Part shown: piece after piece, positions 19,755 to 29,668 of the stretch
Layout of the letters: each line of letters starts with the position of its first letter
Position numbering within the stretch: the stretch's first letter is position 1
Source: Planctomycetota bacterium
Lineage (GTDB): Bacteria; Planctomycetota; PLA2; JAEUHO01
NCBI GenBank assembly: GCA_965223505.1
Contig: CBDCWP010000013.1
Span: 192,001 to 256,000, forward strand
Direction: 5' to 3'
Length of the DNA: 64,000 nt
The notes under the pieces: model-generated
The model's input: only the letters and a program-made list of their open reading frames with translations
Database searches by the model: none
What the model was told of the DNA's origin: nothing
Program-made: the position numbers and the translations under genes

Positions 19755-20531
19755 TTAACTGAGCACATTGCCGCCGTCGATGTTTAGCGTCTGCCCGGTC
19801 ATATAATCTGAATCGCTCGAAGCCAAAAACGCCGCCACGCTGGCGACATCGGCCGGATAGGCTGGCCGGCCCAGTGGAATGCGGCGAATGCGCCGCTGTT
19901 TCGGCTCCCCTTGGGGCATGCCGCGCTGCTCGGCGGTTTGCGCATCAATGAGAGACCACATCTCGGTATCGACCATGCCGGGAGCGAGGGCGTTAACGGT
20001 CACGCCTTTGCGGGCGAGGCTCAGGGCCATGGAGCGGGTCAGGGACATCACGGCGGCTTTACTGGCGCCGTAGACCGCGCTGTCCGCCACTCCCTGGCGC
20101 GCCGCGATTGACGCGGTGTTGATGATTTTCCCGCCGCCCTGAAGCGCCATCTGCCGCGCGACGGCCTGGCCACACAGAAAAACCCCCTTGGCGTTGACGG
20201 CCATAATGTGGTCCCAGTCTTCTTCCGTGATGTCCAAAAAGTCGTGAATTTTGATCACCCCGGCGTTATTAAAAAAGACGTCAACCCGTCCGAACGTCTC
20301 GACGACTTGCCGCACCATCTGCTCAACCTGGGTGATGTCGGTGACATCCACGGCCAGCGCCAAGGCGCGCCGGCCCGTATCGGTGATCGACCTGGCGGTG
20401 TCTTGCAAGAGGGTATCGCGAATATCGGCCACCGCCACATCCGCGCCCTCTTGCGCCAGACGCTCGGCGATCGCCCGGCCAATTCCCCGCGCCGCTCCCG
20501 TCACCAAGGCCACTTGATTGTCTAAGCGCAT
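19755..20531 (-). CDS. Short-chain dehydrogenase/reductase
   Basis: TGAARGIG, NNAG, YGASK. Confidence 0.93.
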   Translation of the reverse strand: MRLDNQVALVTGAARGIGRAIAERLAQEGADVAVADIRDTLLQDTARSITDTGRRALALAVDVTDITQVEQMVRQVVETFGRVDVFFNNAGVIKIHDFLDITEEDWDHIMAVNAKGVFLCGQAVARQMALQGGGKIINTASIAARQGVADSAVYGASKAAVMSLTRSMALSLARKGVTVNALAPGMVDTEMWSLIDAQTAEQRGMPQGEPKQRRIRRIPLGRPAYPADVASVAAFLASSDSDYMTGQTLNIDGGNVLS

Positions 20532-20608
20532 CGTCTCTCCTCATTGAATTTCCCGCCGCTTGCTGACGCGAATGCATCGAGCCATCCAGCCGGATGTCGT
20601 CATCATGG

Positions 20609-22260
20609 CTATCGGGCGCCTGGCCCGACATCTCGCTTGCGAATTTTAAACGCCTCAGCCAACCCCTGCAGCACGGCGGCGTCGCGGTCGTAGATGTCCG
20701 GGATAAAGGAGACCACGCCATCGCCATCCACCTGCGCCGTCCAATAGAGGATCAGAACTGGCAAAGGCTGTGGCAAAAACACAGTCTGCGTCTTCCCACT
20801 CGCGACGGTCTTCTGAATCGCGGCGGCGCTCCACGCCGCCTCGTCGTTAAGTAAGAATTCCGCGAATTTGAGTGGGATGCTGCACGCGGATGCAGCCGTG
20901 GCTAAAATTGCGCCGGGTTCTGCTAAACAACTCTCGACTCGGCGTATCGTGCAAAAACACCGAGTGGGGATTCGGGAAGATAAATTTCACCTGACCCAAG
21001 GCATTGTTGGCGCCTGGCCGCTGGCGCAGAATATACGGGAAGTTGTTCCGGTTGTATTGCGCCCAGTTGAGCTGGCTCTGATCCATGACGTTGCCGGCGC
21101 GGTCGATGACATCGATCGATTGCGCCTGCAAATAGGTCCGGATCGCGTTTGACCTTGGGCAGCATCTCCTTGACCGTAATACTGCGTGGCGACGTCCAGG
21201 TTGGGTTAAAGACCAAGTAGGTCATATTGGCTTTAAAAACGGGCGTCTTATGGAAATTCGACCCCACCACCGCCAGGGTCTCCCAGACTAGCGCGCCGTG
21301 CCGAATCAGATAGACTTTGAAGTCGGCAATGTTCACCACGACATACGTTTCCGGGAGCCCGTGCAAGACCCAACGGGTCCTTTCCAGATTGACCCGAAGT
21401 TGATCGATGCGCTGCGCCACGGGGGTATTCAGGGCGGCGAACGTGTCCGGGCCAACCACGCCGTCCACCTCTAGACGATGGCGCTGCTGGAAACGCTTGA
21501 CGGCCGCTTCCAAGGCGTCGTCAAACACCGTCGAGGACGTCTCCATCCCGGCTGGCAGATCGCCGGTGACGGCCAAACGTTGGCGCAGCAGCGCCGCGCG
21601 GTCGTCTGTCATCCCACGTTTCAAGGTTTCCCCCAAGGGAATGGGCCGCCAGCCGCCCTGGCTCTGAATGCCGCGATAGGCAGCCAAAACGTCCTTCAGG
21701 CGCGGGTAGTAATGATGCTGCGGCTTGAGCTTTTCGATGCCCTGATACACGCTTCCGGCATCGAGCATCGCTTGCAACATGGCGGCCGGGTCGAGACGAT
21801 TGATGTCATAGCTTAAATTCCAGTTGCTATCGAGCCGTTCCGGGTCGACTTTGCCAACCAGGAGATGATAGCCGAGCCGGATGATCGCATCGGTCTGCAA
21901 CAAATCAAGGTCAGCAGTGTGTTGTCCATCCGGATTGGATTCGGCGCGCATGCGGTTGAGCGCAGCCAAGTGATAGTCCTCGGGATCAAGCCCATCCTGC
22001 TCACTCTGACGAATAGCGCGAAGCAGCTCGTCCACTGCAGTGGCGCTCCAGGCTGGCCTAAACTGGCGCTGCTCGTAAAAGGCAGGCAGGACGCGCTTCG
22101 AGGCAATTCGGGCGTTGCCAACGGTCAGCTCGCCAAATCGCCGGAGAGATTCGATCTGAATTCGAATGCGATGTTGGGGCCTCTGGGTTTGCGCCCATGC
22201 CAGGCCCATGCTCAACACCAAGCCCAGCAGGCATAGCGCTAGGCGCTGCATGCCGTTCAT
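20609..22260 (-). pseudogene. L,D-transpeptidase (LdtD/YcbB-like, with PG-binding domain), interrupted by two +1 frameshifts
   Basis: Signal peptide, AVKRFQQRHRLEVDGVVG, NPTWTSP, LHDTP...SHGCIRV. Extra G near 21140 and extra C near 20875; removing them restores one ORF ending at TAG 20609. May be sequencing error. Confidence 0.85.
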
Positions 22261-22360
22261 GCCATCCTCCTGAGCGAGCGAATCGCTCGTTTGCCAGGTC
22301 CGCGTGTTGCCAACTTCCCGCTGTTCACGGCGCTTTCGTGATGTATTGGCGGTGAGGTTA

Positions 22361-23332
22361 CTAAGGCGTCTTGGAAACCGATTGGTCGGGAAGCTCTAGG
22401 CCCACGCCGAGCAAGTGGCCAAACCACTCGGCGAGCTTTTGGCGATCCGCTTCGGGCAACGGCGGCTTGAGCAGCGAGGCGATATTGGCGCGCAGGTGCT
22501 CGGGATTGCTAGTGCCAAAGAGCGTCACGTGCACCCCAGGCTCGTGGCGCGCGAAGCGATAAGCGGCGTCGGTCAGGCTGCTGGCGCCGCTGGCGTGAAT
22601 GAGAAAGCCGAGCGGATCGTCGCTGTCGGCCAGCCACTGCGGCACGTCGCCGGCGGCGGCCAACTCTTTCATCTTGGCTTTGAGGCGCTCAGGTTGGCTG
22701 AAAATGTTGCGCACCACGAACATCAACACCACGCCGATGCCGTTGGCGATGGTGTGGGGAAACACCTTGGCGCGGGCGTTTTGGTGCATCATGTTAAAAC
22801 CCAGCATCACCGTCTCCCAGACGCCGTCGTGCACGGCCCGCTGCAACATGTGCTGCTCGTGGTCATTGGGCGACGTTTCCGTGATGCCCAAGTGGCGAAA
22901 TTTGCCCTTTTCCTTTTCGCGTAGCAGCACCGGCGCCACCTCGTATAACGCATGGTCGTAGAACGCGGGCGGCACGATATGCAATTGAAACACGTCGATG
23001 TAATCCGTGTCGAGCTGGCGCAGGGAGCGCTCCAGGCTCTCCACCACCTGAGCCGCCGGAATCGGCTCGCCGCCGCGGTGAATGAGGGCTTTAGTGGCAA
23101 TCACCACGCGGTCGCGCGGCGCAGCTTTCACCGCCTCGCCAACCAGCGCCTCGGTGCCGTAGGCCGATGCGGTGTCGAAATAATTGAGACCCAGGTCCAT
23201 CGCTTCATGCAGCAGGGCGAGCGATTCCGCATGCGTCTTGCCGTGTCCGATGCCGACGCGGCTGTTGCCGCCGCATCCATAACCGGCGACGCTCACGCGC
23301 AACCCGGTTCGCCCCAGCGTCACGTACTCCAT
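22361..23332 (-). CDS. Aldo/keto reductase
   Basis: LGRTGLRVS, FDTASAYGTE, SLRQLDTDYIDVFQLH. Confidence 0.92.
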   Translation of the reverse strand: MEYVTLGRTGLRVSVAGYGCGGNSRVGIGHGKTHAESLALLHEAMDLGLNYFDTASAYGTEALVGEAVKAAPRDRVVIATKALIHRGGEPIPAAQVVESLERSLRQLDTDYIDVFQLHIVPPAFYDHALYEVAPVLLREKEKGKFRHLGITETSPNDHEQHMLQRAVHDGVWETVMLGFNMMHQNARAKVFPHTIANGIGVVLMFVVRNIFSQPERLKAKMKELAAAGDVPQWLADSDDPLGFLIHASGASSLTDAAYRFARHEPGVHVTLFGTSNPEHLRANIASLLKPPLPEADRQKLAEWFGHLLGVGLELPDQSVSKTP

Positions 23333-23365
23333 GCCATCGTCCTTCTATCCGGTTGTCTGTCGCGC

Positions 23366-24205
23366 TTAATTCGCTTCCCAGAGCGCCGCGGCATAGGGCA
23401 CGCGCCGGCCCCACCACTCCGGCCCTTCTTGCACGTAGCGCCACTCGGGGTTCTGCTCTACATCCCGCAGCGCCGCCATCACCGAGCGAAAAATGTCGGC
23501 ATGGGCTTCGGCAAACTCGAAATATGGCGTAAAATCGTAGCTGTCCTGGCGCCCATACCCCCCCGGCGCATGCACATTGCGCCTGACGATATACGGCACG
23601 CCGCCGGCGCTGGCCAGCGCATGGCCTTTGGCGACCATGTTGTCCTGCGCATCGTAGCGGGGCAAAAAATAACTCTCCCGACGCATCCAGTCCATCGCCC
23701 ACCAGGCCGCCGTCTTGTTCTGGGGCGTCACCACACCCAGCGGACAGACCGAGGCGGGCTGCGGCGCGAGGGCGGGGGCATAGGCAAACTGCGTCATCGC
23801 ATGGCTGGTGTAGCTGCGGGGCCGCTGCTCGCCGGGCAGCGTCTCCACCGCGCCGCCGCGCGCTTCAATGAGCTGTTGCAGGTCTTTGATGTAGCGCAAA
23901 ATCGGATCGAGGGCAGCGCATTCGAGCCGAATCAAGGCGCTCGCCTGCGACACGCCGGGGTGGGGGAGGTCGCGTTCCGAACTGAATTCCGGCGCGGCGC
24001 GCAGCAACTGAAAGCGGCCTCGTTCAAAGGCGCTGGGCGAGGCGTGCCCCGTTGTTTCATGCATGTTTTCCATGCCGGCGCCGAGCGCATCGAGCCCTTG
24101 CGCGAGGGACGCATCGGCCTCGCTAGGCGCTAAAGAGACAAACACCGAATACTGATACCCGGTGACGTCGGTCGAAAGATTGAGATCAGCCGGTTGCATC
24201 GTCAA
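23366..24205 (-). CDS. Chlorite dismutase-like (Cld/HemQ superfamily) protein
   Basis: K..AWWA...RR, GH, YDF..YFEF, LR...EWRYV pattern; family call tentative. Confidence 0.55.
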   Translation of the reverse strand: MTMQPADLNLSTDVTGYQYSVFVSLAPSEADASLAQGLDALGAGMENMHETTGHASPSAFERGRFQLLRAAPEFSSERDLPHPGVSQASALIRLECAALDPILRYIKDLQQLIEARGGAVETLPGEQRPRSYTSHAMTQFAYAPALAPQPASVCPLGVVTPQNKTAAWWAMDWMRRESYFLPRYDAQDNMVAKGHALASAGGVPYIVRRNVHAPGGYGRQDSYDFTPYFEFAEAHADIFRSVMAALRDVEQNPEWRYVQEGPEWWGRRVPYAAALWEAN

Positions 24206-24255
24206 CTCCTAATTAACTTGCCCAAAGTTAGCCCAAGTGCAGCTAACCAAGCCTG

Positions 24256-24561
24256 TCATTCGATAATTTCCACGCTTGCCACTCGCTTGGCGCCCTCGTA
24301 TAAATCAAATGCGCAACCCGGTTGCAATCGGTCTGCGGGAGCCGTATCCATCAGAAACTGAGCCCGCGCAATGGAGGGATTGCCTTGCTTTGCCGGAGGT
24401 TCTTCAAATTCCAAAACGATACTCCACGCCTCTTCCGACCACCGCTCGGCGTCCTCTTTGAAGCATGAGACCGTGGCGTATCGTTTGCCAGCGGGCAAAG
24501 TCATGCGACCGCCTTTTTCGGGCGGCACCCAATGTATCTTGGCGCGTACGGATTTCTTCAT
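24256..24561 (-). CDS. Small protein resembling EF-Tu domain III beta-barrel
   Basis: PPEKGGR...F.LYEG.KRVA pattern; start overlaps the upstream stop (ATGA). Confidence 0.55.
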   Translation of the reverse strand: MKKSVRAKIHWVPPEKGGRMTLPAGKRYATVSCFKEDAERWSEEAWSIVLEFEEPPAKQGNPSIARAQFLMDTAPADRLQPGCAFDLYEGAKRVASVEIIE

Positions 24562-24863
24562 CGTTCATACTGCCTAATCGTTGCGGTCTCTAATTGCGAC
24601 AAATTGGCGTATCGAGCCGGGCTAATACCATCAAGCCGCATCCAACGTATCAGTTCGTCAGCGACAGCAGCCGTCAGTTCAACCTCGATAATGCGATATT
24701 GCCCTGCGCCTTCCAATGCCTCTCCCCATGCCTTGGCGTGCTCGGGATGTTCCGCGAAAAACTTGCCCTCTAGAGCATAAGGGGCCATCGCAAATTTGCC
24801 CGTTCTCAAAATTTGTTGAAATTCCGCTTCGCTGACCGCTCGGTAGAGCGTCACCATCTCCAT
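24558..24863 (-). CDS. Small putative ADP-ribosyltransferase-like toxin domain
   Basis: TLYRAVSEAEF..I...G...GKFFA...A..W...IIEVE pattern resembling Tox-ART tips of Rhs proteins. Confidence 0.45.
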   Translation of the reverse strand: MEMVTLYRAVSEAEFQQILRTGKFAMAPYALEGKFFAEHPEHAKAWGEALEGAGQYRIIEVELTAAVADELIRWMRLDGISPARYANLSQLETATIRQYER

Positions 24864-25046
24864 GCAAACGCCGCCATTCGTTACACGCGTCCTGACCATG
24901 CCCCAACCATTTCTACTATACCATAATCCGCCCTCGTCAACCGAGGCGCATCAGGAGTGGACAACGGCGTCAAACAGTGCGACACTAAGCGCCGTATCAC
25001 CCAATGGACGCCGAATCGACAACCCCAAACCCCGTAGGAGAGGCTC

Positions 25047-25961
25047 ATGAAGCTCGTATTTTTCGATGATTTCAAGCTCGGCGTGCTCAACGGCGATCAA
25101 GTCGTTGACATTTCCAGCGTCGTGCAAGACGTCCCGCATACCGAGCCCGGCAATTTGATCAGCGGGCTCATCGCCCAATTCGACAACTACCGCGGCCGCA
25201 TCGAGAGCGCCGCGCAGGGGCAGGGCAAGCCGCTGAGCGAAGTCCGCCTGCGCTCGCCTTTGCCCAAGCCCAATAACATCGTGTGCATGGCGGTCAACTA
25301 CATGGAAGACGGCACGCGGGACGCGCCGGCCCCCATCAATGCGTTTCAAAAATCGCCCAATTGCGTCATTGGCAACGGCGACACCATGGTGCTGCCCGAC
25401 ATGCCGGCCACCATTTTCGAGGGCGAAGCGGAACTGGCCCTGGTCATTGGCAAGTACGCCGCCAACGTCAGCGAAGCCGATGCGATGAGCTACATCTTCG
25501 GTTACCTCAACTTCATCGATGGCTCGGCGCGCGGCGTGCCGGCGTTCTACCAGATGAAGTCGCGCGACACCTTCGCCCCCATGGGGCCGTATCTGGTCAC
25601 CGCCGACGAGATCGCCGACCCGCAAAAGCTGCAGGTGAAACTCTGGGTCAATGGCGAGATGAAGCAGAATTACAACACCGACGACATGGCCCACAAGATT
25701 CCGCGGACGATTTCGTGGATCAGCTCCATTCATCCCCTGGAGCCGGGCGACGTGATCGCCACGGGCACCAACCACCGGGGTCTCAGCGCCTTCATGGACG
25801 GCGATCGCATCGAGCTGGAAACGGAAGGATTGGGTCGCCTGAGCATTTACGTTAAAGACGACTTGAAACGCAAGTGGTCGCGCGAGACGCGCCTGGATCG
25901 GCAGGAAAAGGGTCTGGACGGCACCACGCCGCAGATCGAGGGCAAGTACAAACCCGCCTAG
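25047..25961 (+). CDS. Fumarylacetoacetate hydrolase family protein
   Basis: VNY, EGEAELALVIGK, KSRDTFAPMGP, LEPGDVIATGT. Confidence 0.93.
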   Translation: MKLVFFDDFKLGVLNGDQVVDISSVVQDVPHTEPGNLISGLIAQFDNYRGRIESAAQGQGKPLSEVRLRSPLPKPNNIVCMAVNYMEDGTRDAPAPINAFQKSPNCVIGNGDTMVLPDMPATIFEGEAELALVIGKYAANVSEADAMSYIFGYLNFIDGSARGVPAFYQMKSRDTFAPMGPYLVTADEIADPQKLQVKLWVNGEMKQNYNTDDMAHKIPRTISWISSIHPLEPGDVIATGTNHRGLSAFMDGDRIELETEGLGRLSIYVKDDLKRKWSRETRLDRQEKGLDGTTPQIEGKYKPA

Positions 25962-25968
25962 CGTAGAC

Positions 25969-26015
25969 AGCCGCCGCCCGTCGTGCTCAGCGCTGAACAC
26001 GACGGGCGGATGGCT
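25969..26015. terminator. Long GC-rich hairpin between convergent genes
   Basis: CCGCCCGTCGTG...CACGACGGGCGG stem. Confidence 0.55.
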
Positions 26016-27016
26016 CATCCATACAGCCCTAACACCTCACTCTGCTCCCTGAGATCCTGAATTTGCTGCGCCCAGTACTGCTCCGTGCCAAAGGCCGGAA
26101 AGGCGCGGGAAAAGGCGGGGTCGTCGCGGTGGCTGAGCAGCCAGGCCGAGTAGCGAATCATGCGCAGCGTGCGCAAGGGCTCGATGAGGCGCAGGCTGTC
26201 GTGATCGAGCAGGCCGAGAATGTCGTAGGAATTGATCAGCACATCGAAGCGGCGCCGCGATTCGTCGTCGCGTCCCGGCACGCTCATCCACAGATCCTGC
26301 ACGATGGGCCCGGTGCCCATGTCATCGAAATCGATAAACGTCGGCTCGTCGCCCCGCCAAATCAGGTTGCCCAGATGCGCATCGCCGTGCAATCGTTGCA
26401 CGCTGACGGCCCCAAAGCGCGGCTCAATGGCGTCGAGAATCTGGGTGACGATCGCCTCATAACCCAGCCGCAGGTTGTCGGGCAAGGTGTCGCTATCGAG
26501 AATCGCCCGCAGGCTTTGGCGGCCCATGGTCTCGACATCGAAATGGGACCGGTGTTGGAACGAATGGCTGCGGCCGACGTTGTGAATCCGCGCCAGCAAA
26601 TGCGCCAGGGGGCGCAGGGCGTTGTCATCGAGTTCATCGCGCGCCCGGCCCACGATTCTGGGGAAAATGGCGAAGGGAATGCCCGTGGCCTCGTTGCGCT
26701 GCAGGGTCTGGCCATCGGCGAGCGGCTCAGGCGCGGCCACGGCGAGTTCTTCCGCGGCAAGTTCCAGGAGAAAATTGTGCTCTTCAAGAATGGCGGCCTC
26801 GGACCAACGGCCCGGACGGTAGAACTTCGCGATGCGGCGGCCGATGTCGCCCGAGGCCTCTTCAACTTCCACATCATAGACGCGATTTTCGTAGCTGTTC
26901 AGGGCGTGACACGTCCCGGTGCAGGCGAGACCCGAGGTCTCCACCGCCGCCAGAATACGTTCGGGGGTGAGGTCGAAAAAGGAATGTGAACTGCCGGGCG
27001 GTGCGTCGTTTTTCAC
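26015..27016 (-). CDS. srkA: Stress-response Ser/Thr kinase (SrkA/RdoA/YihE)
   Basis: LNSYENRVY, KFYRPGRWS, LHGDAHLGN, IDFDD, DPAFSRAFP; GTG start after AAGGAG. Confidence 0.9.
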   Translation of the reverse strand: MKNDAPPGSSHSFFDLTPERILAAVETSGLACTGTCHALNSYENRVYDVEVEEASGDIGRRIAKFYRPGRWSEAAILEEHNFLLELAAEELAVAAPEPLADGQTLQRNEATGIPFAIFPRIVGRARDELDDNALRPLAHLLARIHNVGRSHSFQHRSHFDVETMGRQSLRAILDSDTLPDNLRLGYEAIVTQILDAIEPRFGAVSVQRLHGDAHLGNLIWRGDEPTFIDFDDMGTGPIVQDLWMSVPGRDDESRRRFDVLINSYDILGLLDHDSLRLIEPLRTLRMIRYSAWLLSHRDDPAFSRAFPAFGTEQYWAQQIQDLREQSEVLGLYG

Positions 27017-27194
27017 GCCATCTCCTTTGCTGCGCGGTCTTGGGCCGTCAGGCGAGCCTGGGGGGCTCAGGCCGGCTTCCTGGCAACAGCCTACTCGGTC
27101 AAGGCGAATCTTGCAAGGGCGCGGCCCCTGTGCTTTAATCACACAAGCGCCGTGCGCCTTATTCATCAGGGACCAGGGACGAGGGGACATACGC

Positions 27195-28934
27195 ATGTCG
27201 AAGTCGATGGAGCAAATCGTCGCGCTGTGCAAACGCCGCGGCTTTATTTTCCAAAGTTCGGAGATCTACGGCGGCATCCAGGGGTTTTGGGACTACGGTC
27301 CGCTGGGGACGGAACTCAAGCGCAACGTGCGCGACGCCTGGTACCACGACATGGTGACCATGCACGACGACATCACCGCGCCGCCGGGCGCGCCGCGGCC
27401 CTTTTCCATGGTGGGGCTGGAAACCTCGGTCATCATGCACCCGCAAGTCTGGAAGTCCAGCGGCCACTACGATCTCTTTTCCGACCAGATGCAATCGTGC
27501 CTGCAGTGCCGCAAGCTGTTTCGCGCCGATCACGTGTGGGATATGTTACGAGAGTCCCCTTGGGTGGAGTCCTTGGGCGAGCTGTTCCACGCCAACGGCA
27601 GCGGCAATGACGGGCTCGAACTCACCGAGGCGCCTGTCGCCTTTTCCGCTAACGACGCCCTGCAATGGGCCAAAAACCGCCGGCAAGGGCGGCGCCTAGC
27701 GCCCGGCTTGGCCCTGGTGCGCAACCCCGAGGCGACCCTGGCTGGCCTCGCCGCCGATCTCGAAGCCGCCACCGACGCGCCGCTTTCTCTGTCCACCCTG
27801 CTCATGTACATGGCCACCGAGCAAAAAGCCGCCACCGGCCTGCGTATGCCCTGTCCCGAATGCGGCGGCGATCTCACCGAGCCGCGTCACTTTAATTTGA
27901 TGTTCGAGACGCATACCGGCGCGTTGCAAACCGACGACAACAAAGCGTTTTTGCGCCCGGAAACGGCGCAGGGTATGTTCGTCAACTTCAAAAACGTGCT
28001 CGACAGCACGCGCGTGCGCTTTCCCTTCGGCATCGCGCAGATCGGCAAAAGCTTCCGCAACGAGATCACGCCTCGCAACTTCACTTTTCGCTCGCGCGAG
28101 TTCGAGCAGATGGAGATGGAGTTCTTCTGCCACCCGAGCGAATCGCTCGATTGGTACCGCTACTGGCGCGACCGCCGCTATAAGTGGTACACCGACTTGG
28201 GCATCGCCTCGGACAACCTCATCTTGCGCGATCACGAGGCGGCGGAATTGGCGCACTACTCGGTGGGCACCGCTGATGTCGAATACGCCTTTCCCTTCAT
28301 GCAGCCCGGCGAGTACGGCGAACTCGAAGGCATTGCGCACCGCGGCGATTTCGATTTGCGCTCGCACGCCGAGGGCAAGCTCACCAAAGACGAACACGGC
28401 GAGTTGGTCATTGAGCAAAACGAACACGGCCAGCCCAAATATCGCGGAAGCGGTAAGGACTTGACGTACTTTGACGACCAGACGCGCGAGCGCTTTTTGC
28501 CGCACGTCATCGAACCTGCGGCCGGCGCGGACCGCGCCATGTTAGCGTTTATTTGCGAAGCCTACAATGAAGACGAGCAGCCCGACGACAAAGGCGCGAT
28601 GCAAACGCGCACGTATATGAAGCTCCATCCCAAGCTCGCGCCGGTCAAGGCGGCCGTCTTTCCCTTGGTGCGCAAAGAGGGCATGCCGGAACGGGCCGCC
28701 GAGCTCTATCGCGGCCTCAAGGCTGCGGGCATCGCGGCGTTTTACGACCAGCAGGGAGCTATTGGCCGTCGCTATCGCCGCCAGGACGAGGCGGGCACGC
28801 CGTGGTGCATCACCATCGATGGCGACACGCTAGCTGATGGCACGGTGACGATTCGCGACCGCGACAGCCTGGCGCAAGACCGGGTGGCTTTTGACGATGT
28901 GGTGGGCGAATTGCAGCGGCGCTTGCGGGGCTGA
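27195..28934 (+). CDS. glyQS: Glycine--tRNA ligase, alpha2 (homodimeric) type
   Basis: KRRGFIFQSSEIYGG, LRPETAQG, FRNEITP, HVIEP, IGRRYRRQDEAGTP. Confidence 0.96.
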   Translation: MSKSMEQIVALCKRRGFIFQSSEIYGGIQGFWDYGPLGTELKRNVRDAWYHDMVTMHDDITAPPGAPRPFSMVGLETSVIMHPQVWKSSGHYDLFSDQMQSCLQCRKLFRADHVWDMLRESPWVESLGELFHANGSGNDGLELTEAPVAFSANDALQWAKNRRQGRRLAPGLALVRNPEATLAGLAADLEAATDAPLSLSTLLMYMATEQKAATGLRMPCPECGGDLTEPRHFNLMFETHTGALQTDDNKAFLRPETAQGMFVNFKNVLDSTRVRFPFGIAQIGKSFRNEITPRNFTFRSREFEQMEMEFFCHPSESLDWYRYWRDRRYKWYTDLGIASDNLILRDHEAAELAHYSVGTADVEYAFPFMQPGEYGELEGIAHRGDFDLRSHAEGKLTKDEHGELVIEQNEHGQPKYRGSGKDLTYFDDQTRERFLPHVIEPAAGADRAMLAFICEAYNEDEQPDDKGAMQTRTYMKLHPKLAPVKAAVFPLVRKEGMPERAAELYRGLKAAGIAAFYDQQGAIGRRYRRQDEAGTPWCITIDGDTLADGTVTIRDRDSLAQDRVAFDDVVGELQRRLRG

Positions 28935-28946
28935 ACCCAAACGAAA

Positions 28947-29330
28947 CTATGACGGGGACTCTGACCATTCCTGCTGAGGGCCGTTGAGCACCATGCTCAC
29001 ATGGTTGAGAATATCTCGTCCTAATATGCCTCGTTCTGTGTCAATTAAGAGGTAGCGGCCTCGGAAAACGCGCCTCAAAAAGATCATGTCTAGGATCACG
29101 ATCGATGCTGTGCTCCGAGTGCCGTCGAAGCCCATCAGTTCGTATCCCTGGTCCCTGAGTGGAGAAACGCCAAGCTGTTCCACTATGGCTCTAGGGAGTA
29201 GCGTCACATCCGAACCGGTATCCAGCAGCAACGCGACATTGGAGACCGTTTTGCTAGTCTGCGGGTCGCGTAGCGTGACATGAGCAACTGGCGCTGGCGG
29301 GTCAAAGCGAGAAGCATCATAACTGGGCAT
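28947..29330 (-). CDS. Retropepsin-like (clan AA) aspartyl protease
   Basis: ALLLDTGSD and ILGRDIL motifs; start MPSYD overlaps the upstream gene. Confidence 0.8.
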   Translation of the reverse strand: MPSYDASRFDPPAPVAHVTLRDPQTSKTVSNVALLLDTGSDVTLLPRAIVEQLGVSPLRDQGYELMGFDGTRSTASIVILDMIFLRRVFRGRYLLIDTERGILGRDILNHVSMVLNGPQQEWSESPS

Positions 29331-29532
29331 CAGGAGCCGCTTCAATGATCTCCTTGACAAAATCAGCAGCCTGCTCCGGGTACACCAAGTGTGGACTATA
29401 GATAACAGCTGGCGACGCCATTTCAACATCGGGAATCACAACGTAGACCCTGGCGTTTTCGGGCAGCTTGATGTTATTGGCAAGTCGAATCTGGCCATTT
29501 TCGACAACGCCCTCGTACGTTGCGATTGTCAT
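29317..29532 (-). CDS. DUF104/AF2212-like putative antitoxin
   Basis: YEGVVENGQIRL...LPENARVYV pattern. Confidence 0.65.
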   Translation of the reverse strand: MTIATYEGVVENGQIRLANNIKLPENARVYVVIPDVEMASPAVIYSPHLVYPEQAADFVKEIIEAAPDAQL

Positions 29533-29591
29533 TTTGCATCTCCCGATTTCAATCATGGTGCGTGGTTTATCTCAAGCGCGACAAAACCTCA

Positions 29592-29620
29592 ATACTGCGC
29601 AAATTTTGTTTGCGCAGTAT
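29592..29620. promoter_or_regulatory. 12-bp inverted repeat (operator or terminator)
   Basis: ATACTGCGCAAA-ttttg-TTTGCGCAGTAT. Confidence 0.55.
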
Positions 29621-29668
29621 ATCAGAGGATGATGGTCGCATGAACAACATATCATACTCAATCCGCCC

